From Malacoraja senta (taxonomy: Eukaryota): a stretch of 64,000 nucleotides of DNA. Positions 1 through 12,886 of this stretch are shown piece after piece; position 1 is the stretch's first letter; each line of letters opens with the position of its first letter. Under the pieces are notes generated by a model that was given only the letters and a program-made list of their open reading frames with translations, was not told the origin of the DNA and ran no database searches. Location: positions 41,664,001 through 41,728,000 of the forward strand of contig CM075978.1 in assembly GCA_038087875.1 (NCBI GenBank). The letters are read 5' to 3'. The position numbers and the translations under genes are program-made.

Positions 1-26
1 ACTAACTATTCCACCTCCTTAACACT

Positions 27-755
27 CATGAAATCATAAGACATGCAAGCAGAATTAAGCCATTCGTTCGGCCCATCGAGTCTGCCCCACCATTCACTCA
101 TGGCTGATCTATTTTTCCCTCTCAACCCCATTCTCCTGCCTTCTCCCCGCAACCTTTGACGCCCTTACTAATCAGGAACCTGTCAATCTCCACTTGGCCT
201 CCACTGCCGTCTGTAGTAATGTATTCAACAGAATTCACTGGTCGACTCTATCTCTGCCTCAGCTCACTCACACTGTTCCATGTCCAGATCCTAAGAACAT
301 AGAACAGTTGAGCACATGAACAGGCCCTAATCTCCTTGCCTGCACATAACTCATATCTGTCCATTACCTGCATATTCATCTGCCTATCCAAAAGCCTCTT
401 AAACGACACTATTGTCTCTGCCTCTTCACCCCTGGCAGTACTTTCTGGACACCCACCACTCCTTGTGTAAAAAGCCTGCCCCACACATTTCCTTTAACCA
501 TGTTCCCTCCCACCTTAAAAATATGCCCTCTAGTCTTTGACACTTTCATGCTGGGAAAAAGGTTCTATCTATCCTGTCCACTCTACTGTATGCCACTCAT
601 AATTTTATAAACTTCTATCAGGTCTCCCCTCAGCCTCCGATCCTCCAGAAAAAGCAAACCAAGTTTGTCCTATCAACCCATAGCTAATACCTTCCAATCC
701 AGGCAGCACTCTGATAAACCTCTTCTGCACAGTCTTTAAATCCTCCTTTGTAACC
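27..755 (-). mobile_element. Two CR1/HER1-type LINE 3' fragments (~27-240 and ~293-755)
   Basis: Same 3' UTR as 1389-1730 and 15598-15938; remnants of the CR1 ORF2 C-terminus. Confidence 0.75.
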
Positions 756-1059
756 TCTACACTTGAATATCACATTCCTGTCCATTATTCCTTGTTCTAA
801 CCTCCAGAAATTAGTTCATCCAAAGTTCTATTACCTAATGTTGTCGTACAGACAAGTCCCGTTTGCTCAATATCCCTGTTCAGGCATTAGCTCCTGGCTG
901 TGCAATGCCTCAATTGTAAAGTTCTTATCCATGTATGCAAATTCTTCAATACCCTCGATCCTTCCTACATCTGTAATCCCATCCATTTCGAGTCCTATGA
1001 TAAATGTGTGCTGTTTCAATTTTTGCCCCTTAGTCATCCCCAAACGTAATTGCTCCACA

Positions 1060-1261
1060 AATGGTTGTCATGCCTTCAACTGTCAATGCTCTAAGTTTTG
1101 AAATCCTTTCTGGAATCTATTGAGACCTTCCTTGAAACCTATATATGTTTTTGAACAAGCTTCTGGTCTCTTGTCCTGGAGTCTCTCCCTAAGTTGTTAG
1201 TTCCTGTGAAGTGAGTTGGAAATTTTGTTATGTGGAAGGTGCCATATATTGTTGTTGTTGC
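1060..1261 (+). mobile_element. L2-type LINE 3' end, degraded
   Basis: gccttcaactgtc...aaacctat...ttgaacaagctt...cctgtgaag...aaggtgccatata and (ttg)n tail. Confidence 0.55.
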
Positions 1262-1388
1262 CTTGATTAACACAGGACATGCTTGACATTTTGATTTGAA
1301 ACATCAGGAACAGTAAAGCACACTGGCGTGTGATTATCTGAAAGCTAGACCCGTGCTGTAAAATCCAACAGGTTTCTTGCATTTAAAG

Positions 1389-1730
1389 AGTTCATAAATT
1401 CATAAGTTATAGGAGCAGAATTAGGCCATTCGGCCCATCAAGTCTACTCTGCCATTCAATACTGGCTGATCTTTCTTTCCCTCTCAACCCCATTCTCTTG
1501 CCTTCTCCCCATAACCCCTGACACCTTTACTAATTAAAACAATGTCAATCTCTGACTTAAAAATATCCATTGACTTGGCCTCCACAGCCGTCTCTGGCAA
1601 TTAATTCCACAGATTCACCACCCTCTGACTAAAGAAATTCCTCCTCATCTCCCTTCTAAAGGTATGTCCTTTTATTCGGAGGTTGTGGCCTCTGGTCCCA
1701 GACTGTCCCACTAGCGGAAACATCCTGTCC
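1389..1730 (-). mobile_element. CR1/HER1-type LINE 3' end
   Basis: Encodes an ...RRNFFSQRVVNLWN... remnant; (ttatgaac)n-like tail. Confidence 0.88.
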
Positions 1731-3480
1731 AGAGCTTTAGTCTTTAAAAAAATATTCTTTATATTTTATTGAGAACATTGAGAAACGGGTATTTTTTTTA
1801 GCAGGAAGAAGTTTTACTAGTGCTCAAAGAGTTGTAGGCGTGGTATAAATAACACCTCCGATATTGAGCATAGCAACCTTCTTCATATACGAGACTCACT
1901 AGCAGGCTAATGTGTTGTGTCCCTTTGGGAGTTGATTCAAAGCTCTGTAGCCACACTCCCTTTTATCAATCAAAATATGGCCAATTGAGATTATCAGACC
2001 AGGCAGATAAGACTGTTTTCTCTCCTCCCAAGAGCCACTAATGGTGTGGGCACATGGGGAACAAAAAAACCCCTCCAGATGAGGAGCGCTTCATGTGCTC
2101 CTATATCACATCACTAAGTAATGCACCCTCCTCTCACCCTTCCCCCATTCATTTCTCCCTGGCGTACTCCGAGTAATGGGCTGGACTAAATTACTAGGTT
2201 TTTCTTTTTACCCCCAACCATTTTTATTATTTACATCTGGTAGTCTCCTTATTATAAAGTCTCTCTTGCTCCCCTTGTACACAATTGCACACAGAGCTGC
2301 AAACCATTATAGTCCCTCTCAGCATGAGAACTTCATACTGTCTTCAAACAAATAATTACAGGCAAGGTTAAGGGGTCACATGGAGGTCATATCTTTGGAT
2401 ACTCATCAGAATGTTTACATTAGTACCAACAGAGGCTCATTTAACATGCAGAGATTTAAAAAATGTTTCTACTGATGTACAAAGGTAAATTGAGCAATTT
2501 TAAAATACGGGACAAAATTTGTAAGGCCAACTTCCAAAACCATAATACTGAAAAGTTTCCATATCCTCGTGTTTAATGTATTCACCAAATGATCTCGACA
2601 ACACTAATAGTTCCTCTGCCATTACCATTAAAAAGGAACACACAAATCTGTATGGTGCCTTTCTCTGTATGTAGGGTTAACATTCCCATACATTTGTGCC
2701 CAACTTTTATTGAACTTAAATCTCCTACCACCCTGTTTTCTGCTTCACTGACTCCACACCACACCTGGCAACATGCTTGTATTTTTAGCAATCTTGCCAT
2801 GAGAAAACTTTTTTTTGCCAAACCTTATTTATCTGGAACAGAGCCCAAATTAGATAGTCACTTCTTAAACAAACCCTCTTCCAAAACTAGTTGTTTAACC
2901 GGTTTGTCAAATCTTGCTGATAACTGGAATCCAGCCTACAAATACTATGTTAATTAAGTTCTATCACAGAATGAAAAGCTTAAACCGATGTGCTTTGATA
3001 TTTTAAACAGCACTGTGGTAAGCAAAATCTATGGTAAGCAAAAATGTTAACTGATCATGTTAAATGTTAACGCAAGCTGATTTCTTGTTACACTAAAATT
3101 GAAATGTTTGAAGTTGAAGGAAAGTGAAAGAATTATTGATTTTTTTTGGTAAATTTTCTACTGTACAGGCCTAAATGCAGTTCAAACCAAAATGACATGC
3201 AAATATTATTTGCAGATTTAACAGCCTCTGGAGATGGCTGCACCTGTCAACTTAATCCTTCTTGCTGCTTCTTGGAGAATTTTTTGAGAATTAGGGATAC
3301 CCAGACTCAGATATATTGTGCAGAGTGGACAGTCTTTCCAAATGTCCATCCTTGTAAATTATTTCACAAAAATTTGGGGATCTCCACTGAGATTGATTGC
3401 TCCAAATTCCCCTATTTGTTATACCCGTGTCATCCAATACGTCCAACAATCTGTTCTCACAAACTTGCCTTGCAATTTTC

Positions 3481-3751
3481 TTTAGACTTTAAAACTTAAT
3501 AGATACAGTGCGGAAACAGGCCGTACACTAACACTATCCTACACGCTAGGGACAATTTTGATCAAAGCCAATTAACCTACAAACCTGCACGTCTTTGGAG
3601 TGTGGGAGGAAACCGGAGGGCCCGGAGGAAGCCCATGCGGTCACAGGGAAAACGTACAAACTCTACACAGACAGCACCCGTAGTCAGGATCAAACCCGGG
3701 TCTCATGCGTTGTAAGGTAGCAGCTCTGCCACTGCACCGTTGTGCCACCCC
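3481..3751 (-). mobile_element. tRNA-derived V-SINE (HE1-like)
   Basis: tRNA-like head with A/B boxes, V-domain gtttgtacgttttccctgtgacc...ccggtttcctcccacac, tail cctgtttccgcactgtatct. Confidence 0.88.
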
Positions 3752-4569
3752 AAGTAACCCTGTAGTCTGAACAGATAGGTTGCATAAATAAGCATCCTAC
3801 CTAGCAAGACAGGCTAAAAGAGTTGGGACTCCACATGTTAAAGATGCATAATTTTAGGGGTGAACTGTTCAACTTTTATAAATAGACTTTTGGGTTATGG
3901 CGGACTCAAGGTTTAAAGGGGTCAGACAGGCAATGGAACTTAGATCATACCAGCTACGATCCTACCAAATGGTGCAGGTGCCTTGAAGGCTTTCTTGGCC
4001 GATTCCGAGCCCTACCTCTTAGTAGACCAAGCAACTACTATGGTCAACTATATGGTTCTTGTAATTGCCCAATATGGACCATATAGTTGTCCATATTAGA
4101 AACTAAGTTGAACGCTTGTGTGCCTGTTGACAGTTGATTAAATCTTTATAGATAAATCCAATGGAAACACTGCAAGGGTTGCTTCTCTCTGGAAGGCATT
4201 ATTTTGCTCTGCACCATTTAACTTTTCTCTCCCGTGGCCGAGCACCCTCATGTGAGTGATTTCAGTCACTTTGACAAGATAGCTCAGGTCGATCAGGAAT
4301 CCAAAATGTGGATTCCATTTTCCCTGTTTCCCAAGAGAAAAAGGAATAATATGCCAAACTTTCACATCATATTTAAGAAATATGCCCTTCTACAATTATA
4401 TAAGGTTTTGGTGATAACACACCTGGAGTATTCTACACAGTTTTGCTCTCCTTATATAACAGAAGAAAATGCTTGCGACAGAGAGAGTGCAGCAAAGGTT
4501 CACTAGATAGGTTATCGGATTGCAACTGTCAGAAGAAGAGAGCTTGGCGGTTGGCTTCCATTCTCCTCC

Positions 4570-4918
4570 ACCCCCCCCCCCCCCCTCCACTCTCCCTTCT
4601 GGACTCACACCTAGTTCTTCTGTCCCCCTCCCTTTCCACCAATATTCCTTCCTCTAGCTTCACATTTCAAAATTCTTCAATCGCTTTGTCTCACACCTTC
4701 TGTCTTTTCATCTCTAACCTATTACCTGCCATGCGTTGTCCTGCTCCTCCTTTCTTCCCGCTTTCTTTTCCCACCCATCGACAATCAGTCTGAAGAAGAG
4801 TCCCGACCTGAAAAGTCACCTATCCATGTTCTCCAGAGATGCTATCTGACCCGCTGAGTTACTCCAGCATATTGAGTCTTCTTTTGCAAACTAGCATCTG
4901 CAGTTATTTTTTCCTACG
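4570..4918 (+). mobile_element. Penelope pLTR fragment
   Basis: Pyrimidine-rich tract, then cagtctgaagaag...ctccagagatgct...gagttactccagca...gcatctgcagtt. Confidence 0.75.
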
Positions 4919-5169
4919 TGTCTTTGTTCTCCATACATCATATCCAAATAGAACTCCTGAATCACAATAAACTGCTAAATATTATTTGAGTTTGAGAGTA
5001 TGCTCTAACGAGTATCAAGCTCATCACTGTTATTCTAGGGTTGTATAGAATGGATTTCATTTACCTGGTGCTTTTTTCCCTTGTTACCCAGAAGGGGGGT
5101 GGGGTGCCTGTAGTCATGTGCAGTGGCAGGCCTGGTTTGCTGCTGTGAGAAGATAAGACTGTTCGAAGA

Positions 5170-5320
5170 GCTTTTATAACTTAGTGGGCACCAGAAATGT
5201 GGCGACTCTTTGTATACTGCCTAGGTGAGGTCTGCTGTATGATTTCACCAGATTGTATGCAAAAACAAAGAATGTCACTGTACCTAGATACATGTGGTAA
5301 TAAAACATCATTGATTCATT
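5170..5320 (+). mobile_element. Short Rex1-tailed element, related to 45745-45887
   Basis: gcaccagaaatgtggcgac...tactgcctaggtgaggtctgctgtatga...tgtatgcaaaa...cactgtacctagatacatgtg. Confidence 0.6.
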
Positions 5321-6994
5321 GGAGATTGAAATACGAGGATGAGGAATTCGCTCCTGGTTCGCTGAGGTAAGGGATTAATACACTTTTTCACACCCATCTC
5401 TAGCAATGACCCAGAAGGTGTTGTGCACTGTAAGTGATTCCCTACATGCCCGTTGTACATTACACCATCTCAGTCATAGCCCCCACCACGGCAACCCGGT
5501 GGCATCCAAAGGTCCAAACCAAGGTTAGTGGGGGTGATGTGGGGTGGAGCTCATTGGGGAGGGGTTTGAAACAGATGTGGCATCAGAGGATCAGAGATCA
5601 GAGAGGGCTGCTTGTGGAAGTGGCTGGTGACTGCAATCAACCTCAATCAGGTCCAAGGGTGAGTGGAGTTCAGCTGACTGGAGACCAGCACCGGGTTAGT
5701 AGGAAGTTGGTTAAGAATGGGCTCTTGGGTGTAATAGTGTTAGAAGATGTTGTTAATTTAAGTGGTTAAGGTGTTTGTGAAAGATATTGGGGTATTTGGA
5801 GATTTGGGGAGGTGACAATTATGGAATCAACTAAGGAATCAGTGAAATGCTGGTCAGAATTTCAGATGATTGTGGGAATGGGGCCAGGGGATGGGGAATA
5901 GGTTGGCAGAGTCCAAAAAGCAGAATGTAATGGGACTGCTATCAGTCCAAACCCAGTCGGCCACAGATGAGCATAACTAAGGCAGTCACTTCTCAGAATA
6001 ACCACGTGCAGGAGAAACATTTGACGCCATTCAATTGTTCATGGCACCCTGGTCCTTTGCATAATGAATCTTGCAGTGAATGGTTCTCCAGCATAACATT
6101 GAGTAGGCCTATTGCAGTTTAACTATTTAATGCCCCGTGACAGTCACTGCTCAATGTCTGGCTAGGGGTCCCAAAACCATGCAATGAACCGATCAGAATG
6201 AAATAACTCAGACCATAACAATTTTCTCCTCAGGAAACAAGGTTGCCGGTTTAATGAAAGAGTAGGATGCATGCTGCAATATTCTCAGACTGGAGACTGA
6301 CAAGGCACAGCTTTGTTGTTTTGATCCCCCTTTCTGCCGTAGTTAAGCAGCCTTCTTGCACCAAACCGGCGCCTGACTGAGTACTCCTATTCATTTACTG
6401 CAACTTTTTGATGGACTGCTCAGTATTAAGGGTGTATCATATTTCTTGATCCAAAGTTAGGATGTTCTGCGCTCCTGTTAGTTGCTGGGATACATTCAGT
6501 TTTGACACTAATAACAGGTCAACACCAATAGTGCCTTTTTGCGGAATGCCAGATGTACATTTTAAACAAACTACAATCTAATTTGCTCTAACACTTGATG
6601 CCAAATCACAAAGGGGGAGGTCCACCCACGGAGCAGGAATCCCTGGAGCCACTTCTAAACCAACGCAGGTTTGAGTTTTAAATGTATTTTTTGAAAAGTA
6701 AAAACTGGCTCATGAAGGCTACAAAGAAGTGATTTAATTTTGGTGTTGTTGCTTATGTTATGCTTTTATGTGGCCATGAACTCTTTGACACAGGTTAACA
6801 CAAAGCTAGCAACATCTCCAGAGACAAATACCTTCTACGAGGGTTTCCCACCACCACACAAATCATTACTGGAAAGTGCCGGGGAATCAGTAACCGTTTC
6901 TCCAAGGACTAACAGTATGGTTCACACTACTGAGTACTGAAGGGTAATTATCAATGGGAAAAGGCAAGAATAAAACAACAGCAACAATTTCAGG

Positions 6995-7331
6995 GATGAG
7001 GCCTCGGCGGCGGCAGCGGTGAAGCCTCGCGACGATGATGCCTCGGCGGTGGTGAAGCCTTGCAGTGGCGGTGGCAATGCCTCGAGGGTCGACTTGTGGT
7101 CGATGGTCGATGAGAGCGTGGAGAACCACCGTGAGGGGAGAGGGGAAGAACAATGGGGACCCAACGTGGGGGGACTGCTGTGGTGGGGGGGAGGGGGAAC
7201 AAAAGGGGGAGCCGGCGTGCTTCGTAACTTTGTCAGCGCCGTAGGTGGCTGCTATTTGTATACATTGTGTATGCAAGCAAAGAATCTCATTGTGCTTAGT
7301 CACATGTGACAATATTCCTATTCCTATTCCT
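6995..7331 (+). mobile_element. Non-autonomous retroelement with GC-rich internal repeats and Rex1-like 3' tail
   Basis: gcctcg-anchored repeats, cgtaactttgtcagcgcc block, tgtatgcaagcaaagaat...cacatgtgacaata and (attcct)n tail. Confidence 0.6.
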
Positions 7332-7454
7332 TGGGCAGATCCATGGGATAGCAGAACATTCCGCTCATTCGTGGTTATAAAGGCTGACCCCAAATATGGT
7401 AGATACTGTAGTCTACATCATGACTGTATGATTATGCATTTTCCTACATAAATA

Positions 7455-7767
7455 TAGACTTTAGACTTTAGAGATACAGGGCGGAAGCAGGCTCTTTGGC
7501 CCACCGAGTCCACGCCGACCAGCAATCACCCCATACACTTACACTATCCTACACACGAAGGACAATTTAAAATTTTTACAATTTTACCGAAGCAAATTAA
7601 CCTACACGTTATTGGAGTGTGGGAGGAAACTGGAGCACTCGTGGAAAAGCCACACCGTCATACGGAGAATGTAAAAAATCTGTGCAGACGGCACCCGTAG
7701 TCAGGATCGAACCCGGGTCTGTGGCGCTGTAAGGCAGCAACTCTGCCGCTGTGCCACTGGGCCACCC
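7455..7767 (-). mobile_element. V-SINE (HE1-like)
   Basis: Full head, V-domain and tail with (ctaaagt)n end. Confidence 0.88.
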
Positions 7768-8799
7768 GTGCAAAGTACTAAAGTACAAACGGTGACAATA
7801 TACAAGTTTACGTATAGAAAGGTGATTTTGAATCGCTACGGTGGTGCTTCACGTAACAGACACAGATAATTAGTTCCAAAGTCTATTAACAGTCTTGGGC
7901 TTGCATTTTCTCCATAAAAGTTGTTTGCGAAGTTCACTCAAGACGATGGGTGTACCGCCAGTATGATTGCCCCATTCAAAGGAAATGTGAGAAATTGCAC
8001 CACGAGTTTTTAAGTGCAGAATGCCAGAATCAGAATCTGTCAACAGCCCCAATGCTAACAGCAATTTCTCCTATATTTGTCAATGCAGCAACAGGGAAGG
8101 TACCCCATTGTAATCCATCATATATCCCGAGAGACGAGACAAGGTGCTATATAAATGCAAATTTTTTTTATCTTTTACTTGTGATATATATCAAGCAAGA
8201 AATCAAGATGACTAGCATACTTTGGTCAGGTCCCAACTTGTTCTTGATTCATTCTGGTACAGCCTTTCCTGTTTTGTGCAAATCTGCGTTTGAGCAATGA
8301 TCCTGTCTGTCTTCCCCCTGGGATATAGGGTGAAACTAGTGTATGTCAGCAAATTCTTTAACTCATTGTGGGTGCTCGAATTTTTTAAATCAAAGTTAAC
8401 ATGGGATTATATTGAGAAAAGATCAACTTAAGCACCTGAAAAATTGAAGTAATTTCCAGGCAAATATTTAGCATTTTTTAGTTTAGGGAGATAGCATGGA
8501 AACAGGCATTTCGGCCCACTAGGTTCACGCCACCCCATTCACACTAGTTCTTAAACCTGTTTTTTAAAAAAAATTATTCCCTTACCCTGGTTAAAAGACA
8601 TTCATCCTATTCCCCTCATGAATTTATACACCTCTATAAAATCACCCCTGAGCCCCTTATGCCCCAAGGAATAAAGTCCTAGCCTGTCCAACCTCACCCT
8701 AAAGCTCAGGTCCTCTGGACCTTATAACATCCTCATAAATCTTCATAATATTCCAAATGTAGCCTCACCAACATCTTGTACGACTGTAACAGAGTTTTA

Positions 8800-9252
8800 C
8801 TTTAGTTTATTGTCACGTGTACCGAGGTACAGTGAAAAGCTTTTGTTGCATTTCACCAGTCAGCAGAAAGACTATACATGATTACAATTGAGCCATCCAA
8901 TGTGTACAGATACATGATGAAGGGAGTAATGTTTAGTGCAAAGTAAAGTCCGGTAAAGTCCGATTAAAGATAGTATGAGGTACCAATGCGGTAGATAGTA
9001 GCTCAGGACTGCTCTCTAGATGTTGGTAGTATGGTTCAGTTGCCTGATGACAGCGAGGACAAAACTGTCCCTGAATCCGGAGGTACACGTTTTCACACTC
9101 CTGCACATCTTGCCTGATGGGAGAGGGGAGAAGAGGGAGTGACCAGAGTGAGACTCGTCCTTGATTGTGCTGGTGGCCTTGCCGAGGCAGAGTGAAATGT
9201 AGATGGAGTCAATGGAAGGGAGGTTGGTTTGTGTGATGGTCTAGGCTGCGCC
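8800..9252 (-). mobile_element. Rex1/Babar LINE 3' fragment
   Basis: Minus strand ...TITQTNLPSIDSIYISLCLGKATSTIKDESH...FSPLPSGK...FRDSF; tail tgtacctcggtacacgtgacaataaa. Confidence 0.82.
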
Positions 9253-10091
9253 TATAATTCTTCGCAATCCCACCTTCTATACTCAGTATCCTCACTAATG
9301 AATGTACCAGCAGCCTTCCTAGCTGTTTGTAGATTAGGGAAGAAACGTTGGCTTATGGAGTATATAAGTGTGTGCTGTGAGCAAGCTCACTGGACTTCAC
9401 CTTGGGCTGGGACTGGAATGGTGCCAGGACCCTCGAGTTCTCTATGCCAGGCTACTGTGAAGGAGTCCATAGTGTGCAGAAGATTCGGGACTTGTTGCTA
9501 CCAACTGCCACTCCTATCAGTGAAGACCGAATGAGCAAAAGACTTGCGATTAATTTAACCCTTTCTAAACCTTTTACTGTATTTCACTATACTTTAATAA
9601 CCTGAATTTCTTAGTAACTTTGGAGTGTTCTTGCTCCATTATTGACCCAAATCCGCAAAACCTGCCTGTATGATTACAAAGCCCAAGTCCTAATCATTTC
9701 TACATTCAAAGGAGTGGTCCCGTTACCAATCTTTTGGTAAACTCCGCTGAACACTTCCCTCCAGACTGTGACACAATCTTTCATGGATCACATCTTGTTT
9801 CCTATTACCTGGCCAATTTTCCATTCCTATTGCCACCGTCTCTTTTACACCACAGACTTCAATCTTGATCAGGTGCCTATTATGTGGTATCTCTCAAACG
9901 CCTGATGGACTAATATATACCATATCAACCACATTTCCCTCATCAACACTCACTGTAACTTCATCAAAAGAACCTATCACGTTAGTTGAACATGATTTGT
10001 TTTAAATAAATCCACGTGGCTTTCACACATCAATCCACACCTGCCTAAGTGACTGCTAATTCTGTCTCTGATTAATATTACTGTTCAGCTT

Positions 10092-10376
10092 CGAGATATA
10101 GCTTCAGCCCACCGAGTCGATGCTGACCATCGATCATCCATACACTAGTTCTGTTATCCAATTTTCACAACCTACACACAAGAGGCAATTTTACAGAAGC
10201 CAATTAACCTAAAAGGTTGCACGTCTTTGGAGTGTGGGGTGAAATCGGGGCACCCGGAAGAAACCCACGCGGTCAGAGAGAGAAATTACAAACTCCATAC
10301 AGACAGCACCCATGGTCGGGATGGATCCAGGTCTCTGGCACTGTAAAGCAGCAACTCCACCGCCCTGCCACTGTGC
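10092..10376 (-). mobile_element. V-SINE (HE1-like)
   Basis: Same family features. Confidence 0.85.
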
Positions 10377-10569
10377 ACTGACACTGTTATTGCCAGAACC
10401 TTCCTGTCATCCGATCTTAAGCTGCCCGGTCGGTTATAGTTCCTGCGGTCATCCTTTTTATATAAGGCTGTAATATTTGCAGCAAGTCACTGCTCAGCCA
10501 TCACTTGCCTGGTAGTGTATGACCAGAGCCTCTGCAACTTACTCCCTCAGTTCGCTCAACAAGCCCAGG

Positions 10570-11310
10570 GAAGCACAGTGGCGCAGCTGGTAGATCTGCC
10601 TCCCACAGCGTCAGAGACCCGGGTTCGAACCTGACCTCAGGTGCCGTCTGTGTGCAGTTTGCACTTTTTACCTATGTAGTGACAGATTTGTATATCGTTT
10701 CAAGGATTTAGTCCTTTAGTCACTTTAATTGAAGACAGGGGATCAGAAGATAATTGATACGCACCCACGAGATCTCCACGAGACATTCAATGCCGTCGAA
10801 AGAGAAATCTTCCAAACACAGTCTCTTGATTAATAGTTTCTTTATTGTAGTAGTAAAAACAGTAAGATATTCATCCAAACTTCTTCTTGTGTAAGTACAT
10901 TTCAATTCAATCGTGGTCATGCTCGTGCATGGTCAAAAGCTATGACCTCTCCCCCATTCTTCTTCAAACTAAACTAACTACTAGGGAGTCTGCACGAGAA
11001 TCCCAGCCGCAAACACGCCTCAGACTACGTATAAATCCCACCCACATAATTACAGGCAGATAAAATTTAAAGGTAACTGGTTATAGTTATAACATACTGA
11101 GTTAAGCTAAATGGCTACAACAACCTATGTGACCGTGTGTGTTTCCTTCAGTTGCTCCAGTTTCCTCCCACATCCCAAAGACACAGCCCAAAAGGTCGGT
11201 AGGTTAATTGGCTGCTGTAAATTGCCCTTAGTGTACAGAGTAGATAAGAAAGTGGGAGAACATAGAACCTGTGTGAACAGGTGATCGATGGTTACTGTAG
11301 ACTTGGTGGA
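10570..11310 (+). mobile_element. V-SINE interrupted by a solo LTR
   Basis: Head 10570-10674 (tggcgcagctgg, ggttcgaacc); remainder 11123-11310. Confidence 0.85.
10675..11122 (-). mobile_element. Probable solo LTR (448 bp) inserted in a V-SINE
   Basis: Termini tgtagt...acaaca (TG..CA); 5-bp TSD accta at 10670-10674 and 11123-11127; minus-strand AATAAA at 10846-10841; excision restores the SINE. Orientation is tentative. Confidence 0.72.
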
Positions 11311-11331
11311 ACGACCAGATCTTTAGACTGG

Positions 11332-11688
11332 TTTAGTTAATTACTGTCACGTGTACTGAGGTACAGTGAAAAGCTTTTTGTTGTGTGCTATCCAAACAAG
11401 ACTATACCTGTGTACCACTGGTGTACAGATAAAGGATAAATGGTACAACATTTAATGCAAGATAAAGTCTGATTAAAGATACTTCAAAGGTCTCAAATTA
11501 GATAGATGTGGGAAGGTCAGAATTGCACTCGAGCTGGTGAGAGGACTGTCCAATTGCCTGATAACAGCTGGGAAGAAAATGTCCCTGAATCAGGAGGTGT
11601 GCATTTTCAAACTTCTGTGCTTCTTGACTGATAGGAGAGGGGAGAAGGAGTGACTGGGATGAGATTCATCCTTGATTATGCTTGGCCA
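11332..11688 (-). mobile_element. Rex1/Babar LINE 3' fragment
   Basis: Homologous to 8800-9252. Confidence 0.8.
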
Positions 11689-11978
11689 GTGCCTTCTCAT
11701 TACAAACATTTAGCTCATCAAGAATCTCAATCAGTTTCTTTTGTTGAGACTCGAGCTACATTTTATTCCTTGACTACTCATTTGGAACCATAGTCAATGT
11801 CCTTCATCTCCACGATTCAATTTCCTGTCCAATATCTTATCAGCTCCACAATACTTTTTTACAATACTTTTTTATTTACTTACCTATATAATATTTTGGA
11901 TTCCCTTTTATGTTTGTGGCCAATCTTTTCACATGCCTTCTTTCCTATTTCCTTTTTCACTTCCCCATAAATGTCTCA

Positions 11979-12118
11979 CTTGTAAATTGCCCCTATTGTA
12001 TAGGATGCGAAACTAGGATGACATAGAACTAGTGTATAGGTAATCGATGGTGTGGATTCGCTGGGCCGAAGGGCCTGTTTCCATGCCGTATCTCTAAACT
12101 AAATTAGAAGTAAACTAA
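11979..12118 (+). mobile_element. V-SINE 3' fragment
   Basis: tgtaaattgcccct...gggccgaagggcctgtttccatgccgtatctctaaactaaa. Confidence 0.8.
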
Positions 12119-12886
12119 GTGGAGCAAGTACTTGGTTTTCACTTTCATCATCAAGCCTGGCATCTGCTGTGCGCTTCTCTTCTCTGTTCTGATTTAATCT
12201 CTACTTCTGTTTTGGTCATCCACTGAGCTCTGACTTCAGTTTCCCTCATGGGAATGTAATTCAATTGTGGCTGAAACATCTGCACTTTAACAGGCTTCCT
12301 CTGTTCAATTACACTTTTTGCCTGCCCAGCACTGAATTCAATTCATCCAAGCTAGATTTGTTCTCATGCCAATGAAATTGGCCTTTATCCAATTGATTAG
12401 TTTTACCTCAGAGAGGCTGAGATTATTTCCCATGGCTATTCTACACGTGATATTATGATCGCTCTTTCCTAGATGCTCCCCCAGTGGTACTTGTTCCACT
12501 TGGCCTGGCTCATTTCCCAGAAACAAGTCGAGCAGTGCTGTCTTCCTCACTCAGCCAGAAACACACGAAAGAGAATATTCTCCTGAACACCCTTCAGAAT
12601 CTCATCCCTTACTTAGTTCCTTAAGTTATTGCTGCTCCAATCTATATTAATGGAGTTTGGGGTGGCACAGTGGCGCAGCTGGTAGAGTTGTTGTCTTGCA
12701 GTGCCAGAGATCCGGGTTCGATTCTGACTACGAGTGCTCTCTGTATGGAGTTTGTACGTTCTCCATGTGATCACATGGGTTTTCCCCGAGTACTCTAGTT
12801 TCCTCCCACACTACAAAGACCTATAGCTTTGTAGGTTAATTGGCTTTGGTAAATTGTAAATTGTCCCTAGTGTACAGGATAGTGTT

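Noticed and set aside
6887-7393. Several overlapping 70-168 aa ORFs
   Set aside because: They arise from a GC-rich, stop-poor repeat element; no domain recognised
7848-7854. Other TTCACGT heptamers (here and near 28690, 40535, 43631, 48256, 63045) as further HDV-like ribozymes
   Set aside because: No compatible P1/P2/P3 pairing, no TSD and no (AAG)n tail
8105-8165. Possible DeuSINE/L2-type tail (aaggtgctatataaatgcaa)
   Set aside because: Too short and degraded to call a family with confidence
10880-10893. cttcttcttgtgta resembling the tail of ribozyme element 1
   Set aside because: No TSD, body or ribozyme head adjacent; it lies inside the putative LTR
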